Below are positions 51,417 through 61,600 of a stretch of 64,000 nt of DNA, one piece after another; the first letter of the stretch is position 1; every line of letters starts with the position of its first letter. Under the pieces are notes generated by a model, which was not told the DNA's origin, did no database searches, and saw only the letters and a program-made list of their open reading frames with translations. The position numbers and the translations under genes were made by a program. Source of the DNA: Parcubacteria group bacterium (GTDB lineage: Bacteria; Patescibacteriota; Minisyncoccia; Moranbacterales; UBA9337); assembly GCA_041662245.1 (NCBI GenBank), contig JBAZSW010000004.1, positions 75,454-139,453 of the forward strand. Direction: 5' to 3'.

Positions 51417-51526
51417 AAAAAAATAAATTAATTTCGAATTTGAGTCAAAAAAATAATTTTGATTATTTGAAATTTAAATTAAATGCAATAACACAACTAA
51501 TTTCTCAATGTAACAATACTATTTTT

Positions 51527-51588
51527 CATTAAGTCATTATTGAATTATAAATTCATTCGAAATTCAAAATTGGAAATTCAAAATTTAA
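51527..51588 (+). repeat. dispersed AT-rich repeat copy
   Basis: CATTAAGTCATT...AAATTCATTCGAAATTCAAAATTGGAAATTCAAAATTT. Confidence 0.6.
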
Positions 51589-51648
51589 CTAAAGTATAAA
51601 AAAACTGCTTGCTTTAAATTATACGTATTGAAAAAAATTATTATTCAT

Positions 51649-52515
51649 CTATCCTATTTTCCCTGTACTCCCAAACATATCCATTTTTTTCTTAACTACC
51701 TCGGTAACAGCGCTTCTGGCCGCTCCTAGATGTTCCCTTACATCAAATGACAATGATTTTTTACTATCAATAGTCTTTCCCAAGCTGCTTACAAAAGCTA
51801 CCCGTGAAGCAGTATCTACATTAAAACAATTTATCCCTCTTCTGACTGCTTCCGTAGTTTTTTCTTCTTCCCAATCGGAGGCACCATGCATAATAAGTGG
51901 CATATTCAATCTTCTATTAATTTCACCCAACCTCTCATAATCTGGTTCTGGTCGTTCCTTAGCAAAGTCATGAGCATTACCCACTGCCACAGCCAACGCA
52001 TCCACCCCTGTTTCTCTCACAAATTCTTCCGCCTGAGCAGGATCAGTCATATAATCATCCCAATTAATTTCCACCGAACCTACTTCTTTTAAATAAGGAA
52101 CATTTCCTAATTCTCCTTGAATAGTCACTCCTTTTTTATGACAAAAATCCGCAATTTTTTTCGTAGTCATCAAATTGTCAGAATATTTTTTTCTTGATCC
52201 ATCATACATCACTGAATTAAGTCCGATTTCTATAGCTCTTTGGACCACTTCGAAATCTTTTCCATGATCTAAGTGAATTCCTACAGGAATATGAGGATAA
52301 TAGTATTCCACTAAATTTTTAATCAACGCATACATTACTCTTCCTCCAGAATAATCCATTGTTTTTTCTGTTATTTGGATAATTACCGGAGAGTTTTTTT
52401 CTTTAGCCGCTTCTAAAATAGCTTGGGTAAATTCCAAATTAATTGTATTAAAGGCCCCCACAGCATAGTTTCCCGTGTTCGCATCATCCAATATTTTCTT
52501 TACTTTTTCTAACAT
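51649..52515 (-). CDS. fba: class II fructose-bisphosphate aldolase
   Basis: GAFNTINLEFTQAILEAA; HLDHG zinc ligands. Confidence 0.9.
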   Translation of the reverse strand: MLEKVKKILDDANTGNYAVGAFNTINLEFTQAILEAAKEKNSPVIIQITEKTMDYSGGRVMYALIKNLVEYYYPHIPVGIHLDHGKDFEVVQRAIEIGLNSVMYDGSRKKYSDNLMTTKKIADFCHKKGVTIQGELGNVPYLKEVGSVEINWDDYMTDPAQAEEFVRETGVDALAVAVGNAHDFAKERPEPDYERLGEINRRLNMPLIMHGASDWEEEKTTEAVRRGINCFNVDTASRVAFVSSLGKTIDSKKSLSFDVREHLGAARSAVTEVVKKKMDMFGSTGKIG

Positions 52516-52530
52516 TTATTTATATTTTAA

Positions 52531-53295
52531 TTAATTATTTTCCAAAAATTCAGCTATCTTAATAAAGCTTTCTACGTGCAATGATTCTCCGCCCACTAAA
52601 ACACCATTCATTCCAGAGTTAATACAAACTTCTTTTATATCCTTAGTATCCACCGATCCTCCATAAATAATTTGAGGCATTTTATCAAAGGTCAAATCAA
52701 ATTTATCTGCCAATATTTTTTGCATCAAAATTCTAGCTTCCATTATCTCATCACTAGTAGGAACTTTTCCACTTCCGATTGCCCAAACTGGCTCATAAGC
52801 AATTATTATTTGAGAAAATTTTGTTTTGGAAATATCTTGCAAACCTTCCATCAGTTGCTTAGAGATTACATTTTTTATCTCGCCATTTATTCTCTCATTG
52901 GCCGTTTCACCGATACAAATTATCGGGGTTAGCCCATTTTTTAGAGATATTTTTATTTTTTTATTGATAATTTCATTATCTTCATTAAAATAATTTCTTC
53001 TCTCGCTATGCCCGATAATAACATAATCTCCCCCAAAATTTTTCACCATTGGCGCAGAAATCTCCCCCGTAAATCTTCCGCTAGCCTCTTGGTGGATATT
53101 TTGTGCTCCCAAAGAAACTTTAGCTAAATCAATTTTCTTTCGAAAAGTTTCTAAATGAATAAAGGGGGGACAAATAATTAATTTTACATTTTTAAATTTT
53201 TTTCCTTCAAGTCCACTTTCGAAACTTTTGAAATAGTTCTCTCGCTCTATCTCGGAAATGAGATTCATTTTTAAATTACCTACTATAAATTTCAT
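52531..53295 (-). CDS. tpiA: triosephosphate isomerase
   Basis: IIGHSERR, ICIGE, AYEPVWAIGSG. Confidence 0.92.
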   Translation of the reverse strand: MKFIVGNLKMNLISEIERENYFKSFESGLEGKKFKNVKLIICPPFIHLETFRKKIDLAKVSLGAQNIHQEASGRFTGEISAPMVKNFGGDYVIIGHSERRNYFNEDNEIINKKIKISLKNGLTPIICIGETANERINGEIKNVISKQLMEGLQDISKTKFSQIIIAYEPVWAIGSGKVPTSDEIMEARILMQKILADKFDLTFDKMPQIIYGGSVDTKDIKEVCINSGMNGVLVGGESLHVESFIKIAEFLENN

Positions 53296-53391
53296 ATATT
53301 TTTATTTTTTATTTCAATTTCAAAATTTATGCATTTAAATTATTAAGATAAAAAAATATCAATTTTAATTTAAAGAAACAAAAAAATGAGT

Positions 53392-54630
53392 TTATTTTTT
53401 TATATTTCTAATCAAATCCTCCATTTTGACAATTTTGCTTTCGCTAGAAGTTCTTTTTTTTATTTCTGCTCCACCAGCTATCAGTGACTTTTCGCTTATC
53501 ACCACTCGATAAGGAATTCCAATTAAATCGCTATCTGCAAATTTTTCTCCCGCCCGTACATCTCTATCATCAAATAGAACTTCTATATTTTGTGCAATCA
53601 AATCATCGTAAATTTTTTGCGCTTCCTTGTCTTTTCCAAGACTAATTAAATGCACGACAAATGGTGCGACACTCTCAGGCCAAATAATTCCCTTTTCATC
53701 GGCAAAATGCTCTGCAATTACACCCATTAAGCGAGTTATACCAATACCATATGAACCAAGATAGACAGAAATTTGTTTTCCATTTTCATCAGTTACAAAT
53801 AATTTCATATCGTCACATTTGGAAGTGCCGAAATTGAATATATTTCCTACTTCTGCCGATTTCACTTTAGTTAATTCATCTTTAGAAACTCCTAATTCTT
53901 TTAAAACAGTATCCTCCATGACTTCTTCATTTACTGCCAATCCTTTTTCCTTATTAACATAAATAAAATCTTCTCCTGCCTCTGTAATTGTTTGGAATTC
54001 GTGGCTATATTTAGTAAAAGCTCCCCCCGCAGCAAAAGTTATATAAGTAATATCACCCAATCCTACTCGATTAAAAACATTCATATAGGCATTTTTTACA
54101 CTTTCATAAAAAGCTAGATGTCTTTTTTCATCCACATCATAACTGTATAAATCTTTCATTACAAATTCCCTTCCGCGCATAATTCCACTTTTGGCCCTAA
54201 GTTCATTTCTTAATTTTGTCTGAAATTGATAAGCATAAACTGGGAAATCTCGATAGCTAGAAAGAAATCTTTTCATCATTTGAGTAATCGGCTCTTCGTG
54301 TGACCAACCAAAGCCAACCTCTGCTTCATTTTTAAGTTTTGATTTAAACCACACATCCACCACCTCATCACTCCACCGACCGGTTGATTGCCAAACCTCT
54401 TTGGGCTGCAAAGATGACATAATTATTTCTTGTCCCCCAATCGCATTCATCTCTTCTCTTGCAATTGTTTTGATTTTTTCAATAACTCGAATTCCTAAGG
54501 GCAAATAAGCATATACTCCTGCCATTTCTTTGTTGATAAAACCAGCCCTGATCAAAAGCTGAGCATTTTTTGACACTTCATCTTTAGGAAAGTCTTTAGA
54601 TGTTTTGGTAAATAGTTGTGATTGCTTCAT
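53392..54630 (-). CDS. proS: prolyl-tRNA synthetase, short form without editing domain
   Basis: class II core motifs; C-terminal anticodon-binding domain; 412 aa. Confidence 0.9.
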   Translation of the reverse strand: MKQSQLFTKTSKDFPKDEVSKNAQLLIRAGFINKEMAGVYAYLPLGIRVIEKIKTIAREEMNAIGGQEIIMSSLQPKEVWQSTGRWSDEVVDVWFKSKLKNEAEVGFGWSHEEPITQMMKRFLSSYRDFPVYAYQFQTKLRNELRAKSGIMRGREFVMKDLYSYDVDEKRHLAFYESVKNAYMNVFNRVGLGDITYITFAAGGAFTKYSHEFQTITEAGEDFIYVNKEKGLAVNEEVMEDTVLKELGVSKDELTKVKSAEVGNIFNFGTSKCDDMKLFVTDENGKQISVYLGSYGIGITRLMGVIAEHFADEKGIIWPESVAPFVVHLISLGKDKEAQKIYDDLIAQNIEVLFDDRDVRAGEKFADSDLIGIPYRVVISEKSLIAGGAEIKKRTSSESKIVKMEDLIRNIKK

Positions 54631-54740
54631 ATAAGTTTATATTATTCTAAATAAAGCTTATGGTCAAACAATAATATTCATTAAATAGTTCATGCATCAG
54701 TAAATCAGTCCCTTACAAGAATATTAAATTTGAAATTTTG

Positions 54741-55898
54741 CTAAAATATATTTTTTATCTTATCTACAATCTCAAACTGGATGAAATCATGAAAAGTAAC
54801 CACTACCATCAAAAGTAACAATAATAAAAATCCAATTGAATTAGCCATACTTTCAAATTTTTGATTAACTGGGGAGCCTTTTAATTTTTCAATTAAAATA
54901 AAAAATATTCTTCCTCCGTCCAGTGCAGGAAAAGGCAAAATATTAATTATGGCCAGATTAATGCTAAGCATAGCGGCAAACTGTAAAATATAAGTAAAAC
55001 CAAGCGCACTTACTTGTTTGGTCATAATTGCAATTCCAATTGGCCCCGCTACGTCCATAGACGGTTTATTTCCCATAATCAATTGCCCTAGCAGAGCAAA
55101 AAGCGTAGTTACGATAAGAATAGTCATATCAACAACTGCTTCCAATCCTCTACCGATTGATTCATACCATGGGTAATCAATCAAAGCTGTTCTGGCCAAT
55201 CCTACTCCTAGAGCACCTTGATCACTAGGATAATCTACGCGAGGAATGCCACTTAGGCTAAGAATGTCCCCTCCTCTTTTGATAGTCAAAACTATTTCTT
55301 TGCCTTTGCGACCATCAATATATTTTTTCAATTCTTCAACTTTACTCACATATTGACACTCATCATTTCCTGAACAAATTTTTACCACTTGATCTCCGAT
55401 TGCCAGTCCCATTTCTTTAGCAGGAGTTCCCTCTACCACTTGAGAGATCTGCACTTTGGCGTCTTTGGCTTTTTGCGTATCACTGATAGCTTCTGGCGCC
55501 CCTTGAGAAAAAACAATAGCTAAAAGAAACCACGCTAAAATAAAATTCATCGTTACTCCTGCTGCTAGAACTTTTATTCTCACCCAAGCGGATTTAGTAA
55601 CAAAGCTATCTTTATCATTTTTGGCATTGCCGTTTTCTCCTTTAATATTTACAAATCCTCCCAATGGAATCCAATTAAGAGAAAAAATTGTATTTTTCGA
55701 TTTAACTGTTTTTCCGCCCCAAATTATTTTATATTTGCCGGTTTTTTCATTTTTTACCGCTCCTACAATTCTAGGAGGAAAACCAAAACCAAATTCATCA
55801 GCTTTGATACCATTGCGAATAGCCACTAAAAAATGTCCCAACTCATGAACGAAAATTAAAACTCCCAAAATCAAAATAAAGATGATCGCTGTTATCAT
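54741..55898 (-). CDS. rseP: RIP metalloprotease RseP (site-2 protease) with PDZ
   Basis: HELGHFLVA; PDZ; C-terminal LDGG motif. Confidence 0.88.
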   Translation of the reverse strand: MITAIIFILILGVLIFVHELGHFLVAIRNGIKADEFGFGFPPRIVGAVKNEKTGKYKIIWGGKTVKSKNTIFSLNWIPLGGFVNIKGENGNAKNDKDSFVTKSAWVRIKVLAAGVTMNFILAWFLLAIVFSQGAPEAISDTQKAKDAKVQISQVVEGTPAKEMGLAIGDQVVKICSGNDECQYVSKVEELKKYIDGRKGKEIVLTIKRGGDILSLSGIPRVDYPSDQGALGVGLARTALIDYPWYESIGRGLEAVVDMTILIVTTLFALLGQLIMGNKPSMDVAGPIGIAIMTKQVSALGFTYILQFAAMLSINLAIINILPFPALDGGRIFFILIEKLKGSPVNQKFESMANSIGFLLLLLLMVVVTFHDFIQFEIVDKIKNIF

Positions 55899-56109
55899 AA
55901 CAAAAAATATAATATTTAAGATTTAGTGCCAATTCAAAATAGTATGACACTAACATCCTCTATAATAGCCTAATTATAAGAATAAGCCAACTATTGACTT
56001 TTTTATGTTTTTGGTGTATAATTTAAAATCGTAGCTTATGGATAGTTTTTTAGATATATTGACCCAAAAAGGTTAATATTATATCATTTTCCTATTATGG
56101 AGGTTTACT

Positions 56110-56484
56110 ATGGAAATGGATCTCGATCTTTTTTGTCTTATAGTAATTTTTACCGCAGGAACCCTAACTTCTTTCATCATATTTTCTTCAAAACTTGCTC
56201 CAACAACAAAAAGAGTGGCATTAATTGCAGTATTTGCAGTTCAAATGTTATCTCTTGTTTGGGCAACTTCACCAAATTCACCCATTGTAAATAAAGAGGA
56301 TGGTAAACTGGCCGAAAGTCTCAAGGGAATAGACAATCACGGGAAAACTATTCGAGGGCAAAGAGAGGAGAAAGTATGGTCCTTTGGCAATGTTTACGTT
56401 GTCGAAAGAACAATTGTTTATAAACTTCCATTGGGAACGATATACGTTCCTGAAAAAAGGAGAATCATCCACTTAAAATTGTGA
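56110..56484 (+). CDS. hypothetical small membrane protein
   Basis: two predicted TM helices; followed by a strong terminator. Confidence 0.35.
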   Translation: MEMDLDLFCLIVIFTAGTLTSFIIFSSKLAPTTKRVALIAVFAVQMLSLVWATSPNSPIVNKEDGKLAESLKGIDNHGKTIRGQREEKVWSFGNVYVVERTIVYKLPLGTIYVPEKRRIIHLKL

Positions 56485-56489
56485 GGGTT

Positions 56490-56530
56490 CAAGCCAAATA
56501 CGATGTTCGTATTTGGCTTGTTATTTTTTT
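56490..56530 (+). terminator. rho-independent terminator
   Basis: 14-bp stem CAAGCCAAATACGA / TCGTATTTGGCTTG, loop TGT, then TTATTTTTTT. Confidence 0.8.
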
Positions 56531-56744
56531 GTAGAATTATAATCCTACTCTATTAGGCTGACTCCTCAATTTGCACCTCCTTTTTCATTTCTAACAAGGA
56601 GAGAATAAATTAACAAAACAATTCCACAAATAAAAATAGTTATGAAAAACACTATTCTCTTCATTTTGTCCACTATGTTAGATTAATAAAAACATCAGTT
56701 ACTCAATTAATAATTTCCAGCCATCATAATACTAATTGCAATTA

Positions 56745-56790
56745 TTATAAAACAAAAAAACGGATTTATATCAAAAAATTCAAATCCGTT
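56745..56790 (-). terminator. rho-independent terminator downstream of ybjQ-like gene
   Basis: AACGGATTT-loop-AAATCCGTT; minus-strand U-run. Confidence 0.65.
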
Positions 56791-56806
56791 TTTTCTAAAA
56801 AATTTT

Positions 56807-57130
56807 TTATTCAACAATTACGGCTGTGCCATAACATAAAACTTCGGTTACTCCGCCCATCACATCATTAGCGTCATATCTCACTGAAATAATAGCGTTG
56901 GCTCCGAGCTCCTCGGCATGCTTTACCATTAACTCATAAGCCTCTTCCCTGGCTTTTTCACAAAGAGAGGTAAATAAGGTAATATTTCCTCCCAAAATAG
57001 TTTGCAGTGATCCGCCAATCGAACCAAAAATATTCCTCGATCGCACCGTAATCCCTCGCGTCATTCCTAAATTTTGAGTTATCTTTTTTCCTGGCAATTC
57101 TAAAGCTGTAGTTATGTTTTTATGATCCAT
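56807..57130 (-). CDS. YbjQ/UPF0145 family protein
   Basis: full-length similarity pattern ([16 protein letters not shown]...VRYDANDV). Confidence 0.8.
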   Translation of the reverse strand: MDHKNITTALELPGKKITQNLGMTRGITVRSRNIFGSIGGSLQTILGGNITLFTSLCEKAREEAYELMVKHAEELGANAIISVRYDANDVMGGVTEVLCYGTAVIVE

Positions 57131-57142
57131 ATTTTTATATAA

Positions 57143-57340
57143 TTAATCATTACTAGTATTAATGCCGAGAATTTTATACAAATAGCAATATCCCGTAACA
57201 GCAGTAAAAATCAAAGCCAAGCCTACAGCATATACTAAGAGAGCGATAATTCCAGAGAATGAAGCGTAAGCGAAAAAAACAATTACAACTCCTAAAATTG
57301 CGCGAATTGCGCGATCCCATGTGCCTTCATTTTTTTGCAT
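57143..57340 (-). CDS. DUF2892 (YgaP-like) small membrane protein
   Basis: WDRAIRAILGVVIV signature; two TM helices. Confidence 0.6.
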   Translation of the reverse strand: MQKNEGTWDRAIRAILGVVIVFFAYASFSGIIALLVYAVGLALIFTAVTGYCYLYKILGINTSND

Positions 57341-57481
57341 ATTTTTTTATCCCGTTAAATTATGGCTGTTCATTTATTTAACTAAGATTATCATTAGACT
57401 ACTTATTATTTTACTCTTTTATTTAATTTTATGCCAATATTTTATCGAACTTCATCACAAATTCAACCATTAAAAAATAGT

Positions 57482-58306
57482 TTATCTCATCACCGCCACT
57501 CCAATAATAATTATTGCCAATACCAACCGATACCAAAAAAATGTTTTATAACTATAATTTTCAACAAATTTAATCAGATATTTTATAGCAACATAACCAC
57601 TAAAGGCCGAAAAAATAATTCCCATTAAAATTTCACTACTAATTCCAGCTTTCATTAATTCTGGAATTTTAGTAAGAGTAGCTCCAAAAATTATCGGGGT
57701 TGAAAGTAAAAAAGAAAATCTGGCCGCACTCACCCTATCTAATCCCATTGCCAATCCAGCTGAAATGGTCGCTCCTGAACGAGACACCCCAGGGATAATT
57801 GCCACCGCCTGAGAGAGTCCAATGATTAAAACGTCTTTAATATTTATTTTATCTAATTGTCTTTTTCCTAAAGCGTATTTATCTAATAAGAATAAAACTA
57901 ATCCAAAAAAAGCTAAGGCAAAAGCAATTATATAGGGACTGCGAAAAATAGTTTCTACATAACTTTCTAAAAAAAATCCAATCACTGCTCCGGGAATTGT
58001 GCCAATCATAAGTAACCACAAAATATTTTTATTATACGAACAGGCCAGTGCCCTATCCCTACCTTCACATTTTTTATTGTAGGAACGGGGTAGTACCCCG
58101 TTCTTAAAAATTTCCACCCAATCTTGCCAAAAATAAATTACTACCGCCAAAAGTGTCCCCGCGTGAAGTGCCACATCAAAAGCCAGTCCTGGGTCTTTCC
58201 AATGAGTAAAAAAGGGAACCGAAACAAGATGTGCCGTGGACGAAATTGGCAGAAATTCTCCCAAGCCTTGTACGATTCCTAATGTGATTGATTGCAACAA
58301 ATCCAT
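57482..58306 (-). CDS. uppP: undecaprenyl-diphosphatase with an in-frame insertion of about 15 aa
   Basis: GIVQGLGEFLPISSTAHL and PGVSRSGATI motifs; extra NKKCEGRDRALACSY encoded by a GC-rich palindrome. Confidence 0.9.
   Translation of the reverse strand: MDLLQSITLGIVQGLGEFLPISSTAHLVSVPFFTHWKDPGLAFDVALHAGTLLAVVIYFWQDWVEIFKNGVLPRSYNKKCEGRDRALACSYNKNILWLLMIGTIPGAVIGFFLESYVETIFRSPYIIAFALAFFGLVLFLLDKYALGKRQLDKINIKDVLIIGLSQAVAIIPGVSRSGATISAGLAMGLDRVSAARFSFLLSTPIIFGATLTKIPELMKAGISSEILMGIIFSAFSGYVAIKYLIKFVENYSYKTFFWYRLVLAIIIIGVAVMR
58041..58103 (-). repeat. GC-rich palindromic element inserted in-frame in uppP
   Basis: GAACGGGGTA-g-TACCCCGTTC near-perfect palindrome, plus CCTAC...GTAGG stem, in a 30% GC gene. 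Confidence 0.7.
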
Positions 58307-58382
58307 AATTTTAGCTTATTAATTTTTAGTTAGTAGCTCTTTAGACATTTCTAAATTCCCAACTTCTTAAATTCATAATCTT

Positions 58383-58826
58383 TCATTTAAATCCCTTAGC
58401 ATAATCGCCAAAGCTTATTCCATAATTTTTAGCCCAAACATCCATATTAATAAATTTGTTTTGAGTAACTTTAACTCTTAAATATTGGTGTGGTGAAATA
58501 TACCAAATCAAAGTCCACTTTAAAATGATGTCATCTTCTTTAAAAAAATTACTTTTTATCAACAATATCCGAGCTATATAATTAATATTCGTACAATGCA
58601 AAAACCCATTTTGATTCCAAAAAAAATTAATATCATTCTTAAAAATAGCTGGAAATCTTAAGTAAGTCATAACTCGAGCACCTTGATATTTTTTATTCAA
58701 AATATCATAAACCTTTTTTAAGCAATCTTCTTTACTAAAAGATTTTTTTAAATCATTAACAACCTCCTCCATTTCAACAGGTAGTTTTTGAGGTAATCTT
58801 GTTTTAGAAAATAAATCTAGAGGCAT
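58383..58826 (-). CDS. hypothetical protein
   Basis: complete ORF; no motif. Confidence 0.35.
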   Translation of the reverse strand: MPLDLFSKTRLPQKLPVEMEEVVNDLKKSFSKEDCLKKVYDILNKKYQGARVMTYLRFPAIFKNDINFFWNQNGFLHCTNINYIARILLIKSNFFKEDDIILKWTLIWYISPHQYLRVKVTQNKFINMDVWAKNYGISFGDYAKGFK

Positions 58827-58830
58827 AAGA

Positions 58831-58976
58831 TTTAATTTTAAATTTGAAATTTAGATTCAAATTCTAATTTATTAATTTTTCAAATATTTAAAATTTATTT
58901 TCTGAATTATTTTTTAACCTTATAATTTTAATCATTAAAAATTCATTTGAAATTCAAAATTTGAAATTTGAAATTT
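58831..58976. repeat. two copies of the dispersed AT-rich repeat (58831-58870 and 58941-58976)
   Basis: AATTCATTTGAAATTCAAAATTTGAAATTTGAAATTT and AAATTTGAAATTTAGATTCAAATTC. Confidence 0.6.
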
Positions 58977-59024
58977 AGATATAAAATTCTATTTTATAAA
59001 CATTACAACTTTAAAAACTATTTC

Positions 59025-60182
59025 CTAATAAACAATCACCGGCATCCCTATCTCCGCCCAATTATAAACAAACTCGGCTGGCCCCACTCCCAATCGCATA
59101 CAACCATGAGAAACAGGAATACCTAAGTGATTTTGTCCCTCCTTATAACCACTGGGCCACTCAGGGAGTTCATGAATCCCAAATTTACCACTCGGAGCAA
59201 TGGCCATCCAATAAGGCATATACAATCCATAATTTTTTGACCAAGCCCGCGGAGTTTTGTTATAAATTCTATGTTCACCCTTAGGAGTATCCATCCCGCG
59301 CTTTCCCGAGGAAATCAGAAATGAATCAATTATTTTTCCATCTTGGAAAACAGTCATAATTTGCGTCGATAAATTTACATCGATATATTTGCCTTCCCTA
59401 ATTTTCGCTTGAGTAAATTCTTTGGCCTGCTCCACCCTTTGGACTAAGTTTTCCGCCCAAGTTATCGGCTCAGGAGCCATCGTCGTAAAAGATGTTTGAT
59501 AAATTTGATTATAGGTATTGTCACTAGCCTTTTTAGCTTTAGCAAAAATCGTAAGGGTATACAAAGTATTATCTTTTAAATTTTCCTGAGGAAGAATTTC
59601 AAATTGAGTTTTATTCTCATTATTTTTATATTTCACTCCTGTTTCGGGAGAAAGTTTAAAATCAATAAAAAAATTCTCAGTTGATTTATCAAATTTTACA
59701 CCAATAGGATCTTCGATATCCAAACGTACATCAACTTCTCCACCTTTGGGAGCAACTCCTAAAACTCTAGGGTAACCAACAGTTTTAAAATCAAATTTAT
59801 CTGATTTTATCTGCATAAAATTTTTAGCTCGACCATCTGGCAAAATTAATTGATAAGCTGTATCTACTCTCCAGGCTGTTTCGGGGGTAATAGTTATCTT
59901 TGTCAGAGTTTCATCTATTTTGGCTTGCATAGGAGTTTCTGGAGTTATTTTAATATTATTCTGATAATATTTAATATCAATTGGTTTGGTAAAATTAATC
60001 ACCACCGAATCATTAGGTAAAAATTCTAAAAAATTTTTATTTTCGGCACTAGGAGTTAAAACGAACTGCGAAGAAAAAGCGTAAGTATAGACACCTAAAG
60101 AAATTACCCCTAAAAAGAAAAACAAAAAAATTATTAACTTGTATATTTTTTTCATATATAACACAATTTTTAAATTCTCCAA
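59025..60182 (-). CDS. L,D-transpeptidase (YkuD domain) with N-terminal Ig-like region
   Basis: catalytic HELPEW...HLGIPVSHGCMRL. Confidence 0.8.
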   Translation of the reverse strand: MENLKIVLYMKKIYKLIIFLFFFLGVISLGVYTYAFSSQFVLTPSAENKNFLEFLPNDSVVINFTKPIDIKYYQNNIKITPETPMQAKIDETLTKITITPETAWRVDTAYQLILPDGRAKNFMQIKSDKFDFKTVGYPRVLGVAPKGGEVDVRLDIEDPIGVKFDKSTENFFIDFKLSPETGVKYKNNENKTQFEILPQENLKDNTLYTLTIFAKAKKASDNTYNQIYQTSFTTMAPEPITWAENLVQRVEQAKEFTQAKIREGKYIDVNLSTQIMTVFQDGKIIDSFLISSGKRGMDTPKGEHRIYNKTPRAWSKNYGLYMPYWMAIAPSGKFGIHELPEWPSGYKEGQNHLGIPVSHGCMRLGVGPAEFVYNWAEIGMPVIVY

Positions 60183-60237
60183 CCCTTATAGTATATTATT
60201 TAAAATACTAAAAAGCTACCCGCTAAAACCTAACTAG

Positions 60238-60471
60238 CTATTTCAACGGATCATAGCCCCCGTCATTCCAAGGATGACATCGAATGATTCTCTTTAAGCC
60301 AATCCAAGCTCCTTTGATAACACCATATTTGTCTATAGCTTCATAAGTATATTGTGAACAAGTAGGATGAAAGCGACAAAATCTTTCCGAAAAAAAATAT
60401 CTTAAAAAACTTTGGTCGGGGGACAAAAACTTCTGATAAAATCTGATTAAAATCAAGGCTATTTTTTTCAT
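60238..60471 (-). CDS. yidD: membrane protein insertion efficiency factor YidD
   Basis: C-terminal [10 protein letters not shown]. Confidence 0.85.
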   Translation of the reverse strand: MKKIALILIRFYQKFLSPDQSFLRYFFSERFCRFHPTCSQYTYEAIDKYGVIKGAWIGLKRIIRCHPWNDGGYDPLK

Positions 60472-60585
60472 TTAAATCTCCTACTTGCATTTTGCAAATA
60501 AGCCAAATAAGTTATATAATAATGATATATGTTTTCTCAAAAAAATTCCAGTTTATTTGAGAAGATTTAATTATATAAAACAAAA

Positions 60586-61494
60586 ATGAAAAAGACTTCC
60601 TTTCACAATATTACTTGGATAGATTTCGAAAATCCCGATGCTTCCAGCACTCGTTACTTACAAGAAAACTTCAATATTCATCCATTGGCTATTGAAGAGT
60701 TTGTTACGCCCACCATTCGACCCAAAGCAACTGTTTATCCTAACTGTATTTTTCTTACCTTGCACATTCCTCTTTATGATACAGTTGAACGAACTACATA
60801 TCCTGGGGAACTGGATATTGTACTTACCAAGGATCATCTTATCACAGGACATGATCATAAAATTTTTCAGCTTACTGATTTTTTTGAAAAATTGCAGAGT
60901 AGCGAAGGGAAAAAAAGGATTTACATGAGTGCTACTCCTGCCCACCTCCTATATTACCTTATCGAAACTCTCATTGAATCTTGTTTTCCTAGATTAGATC
61001 ACATTCATAAGAATATTGATATTATTGAAAACCATGTTTTTAACGGGGAAGAGAAAGAAATGGTGAGAGAGATTTCTATTGCCAAAAGAGACGTCCTAAA
61101 TTTTAGGAGAGCGCTAAAGCCACAACGATCGATTTTGGAGTCCCTCGCTCAAATGGACACAAAAATTATCAGCAAAGATTTAAAAGATTATTATCAAAAT
61201 TTAGTAGGAACTAATATCAGATTATGGAGCTCTCTGGAAAGTGCCAAAGAAACCATTGAATCATTAGAAGAAACCAACAATTCTCTCCTATCCAATAAGC
61301 TAGATGTAACCATGAAAGTTTTGACAATTTTTTCAGCTGTGATGCTTCCCATGACTGTTTATTCCAATATTTTAGCTATGAGCGCTGATATTCCTTTTGG
61401 AAATAATCCTTATGGATTTTGGATTCATATGGGAATAATGTTTATATTATCGATACTTACCATACTATTATTTAAGATTAAAAAGTGGATCTAG
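60586..61494 (+). CDS. CorA-family divalent cation transporter homolog with AMS in place of the GMN signature
   Basis: aligns end-to-end with T. maritima CorA (HPLAIEE ... VMKVLTIFSAVMLPMT); GIYGMNF position reads NILAMSA. Confidence 0.75.
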   Translation: MKKTSFHNITWIDFENPDASSTRYLQENFNIHPLAIEEFVTPTIRPKATVYPNCIFLTLHIPLYDTVERTTYPGELDIVLTKDHLITGHDHKIFQLTDFFEKLQSSEGKKRIYMSATPAHLLYYLIETLIESCFPRLDHIHKNIDIIENHVFNGEEKEMVREISIAKRDVLNFRRALKPQRSILESLAQMDTKIISKDLKDYYQNLVGTNIRLWSSLESAKETIESLEETNNSLLSNKLDVTMKVLTIFSAVMLPMTVYSNILAMSADIPFGNNPYGFWIHMGIMFILSILTILLFKIKKWI

Positions 61495-61497
61495 ACA

Positions 61498-61537
61498 AAA
61501 AAATTTTGAATTTCAAATTTTGAATTTTGATTCAAGT
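61498..61537 (-). repeat. dispersed AT-rich repeat copy (minus orientation)
   Basis: reverse complement GACTTGAATCAAAATTCAAAATTTGAAATTCAAAATTTT. Confidence 0.55.
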
Positions 61538-61600
61538 CTTAATTTTTTAATATTAAAAAAACGCCTTGTTAAAAACTGCTATTTATAAAAAATATTTTCT

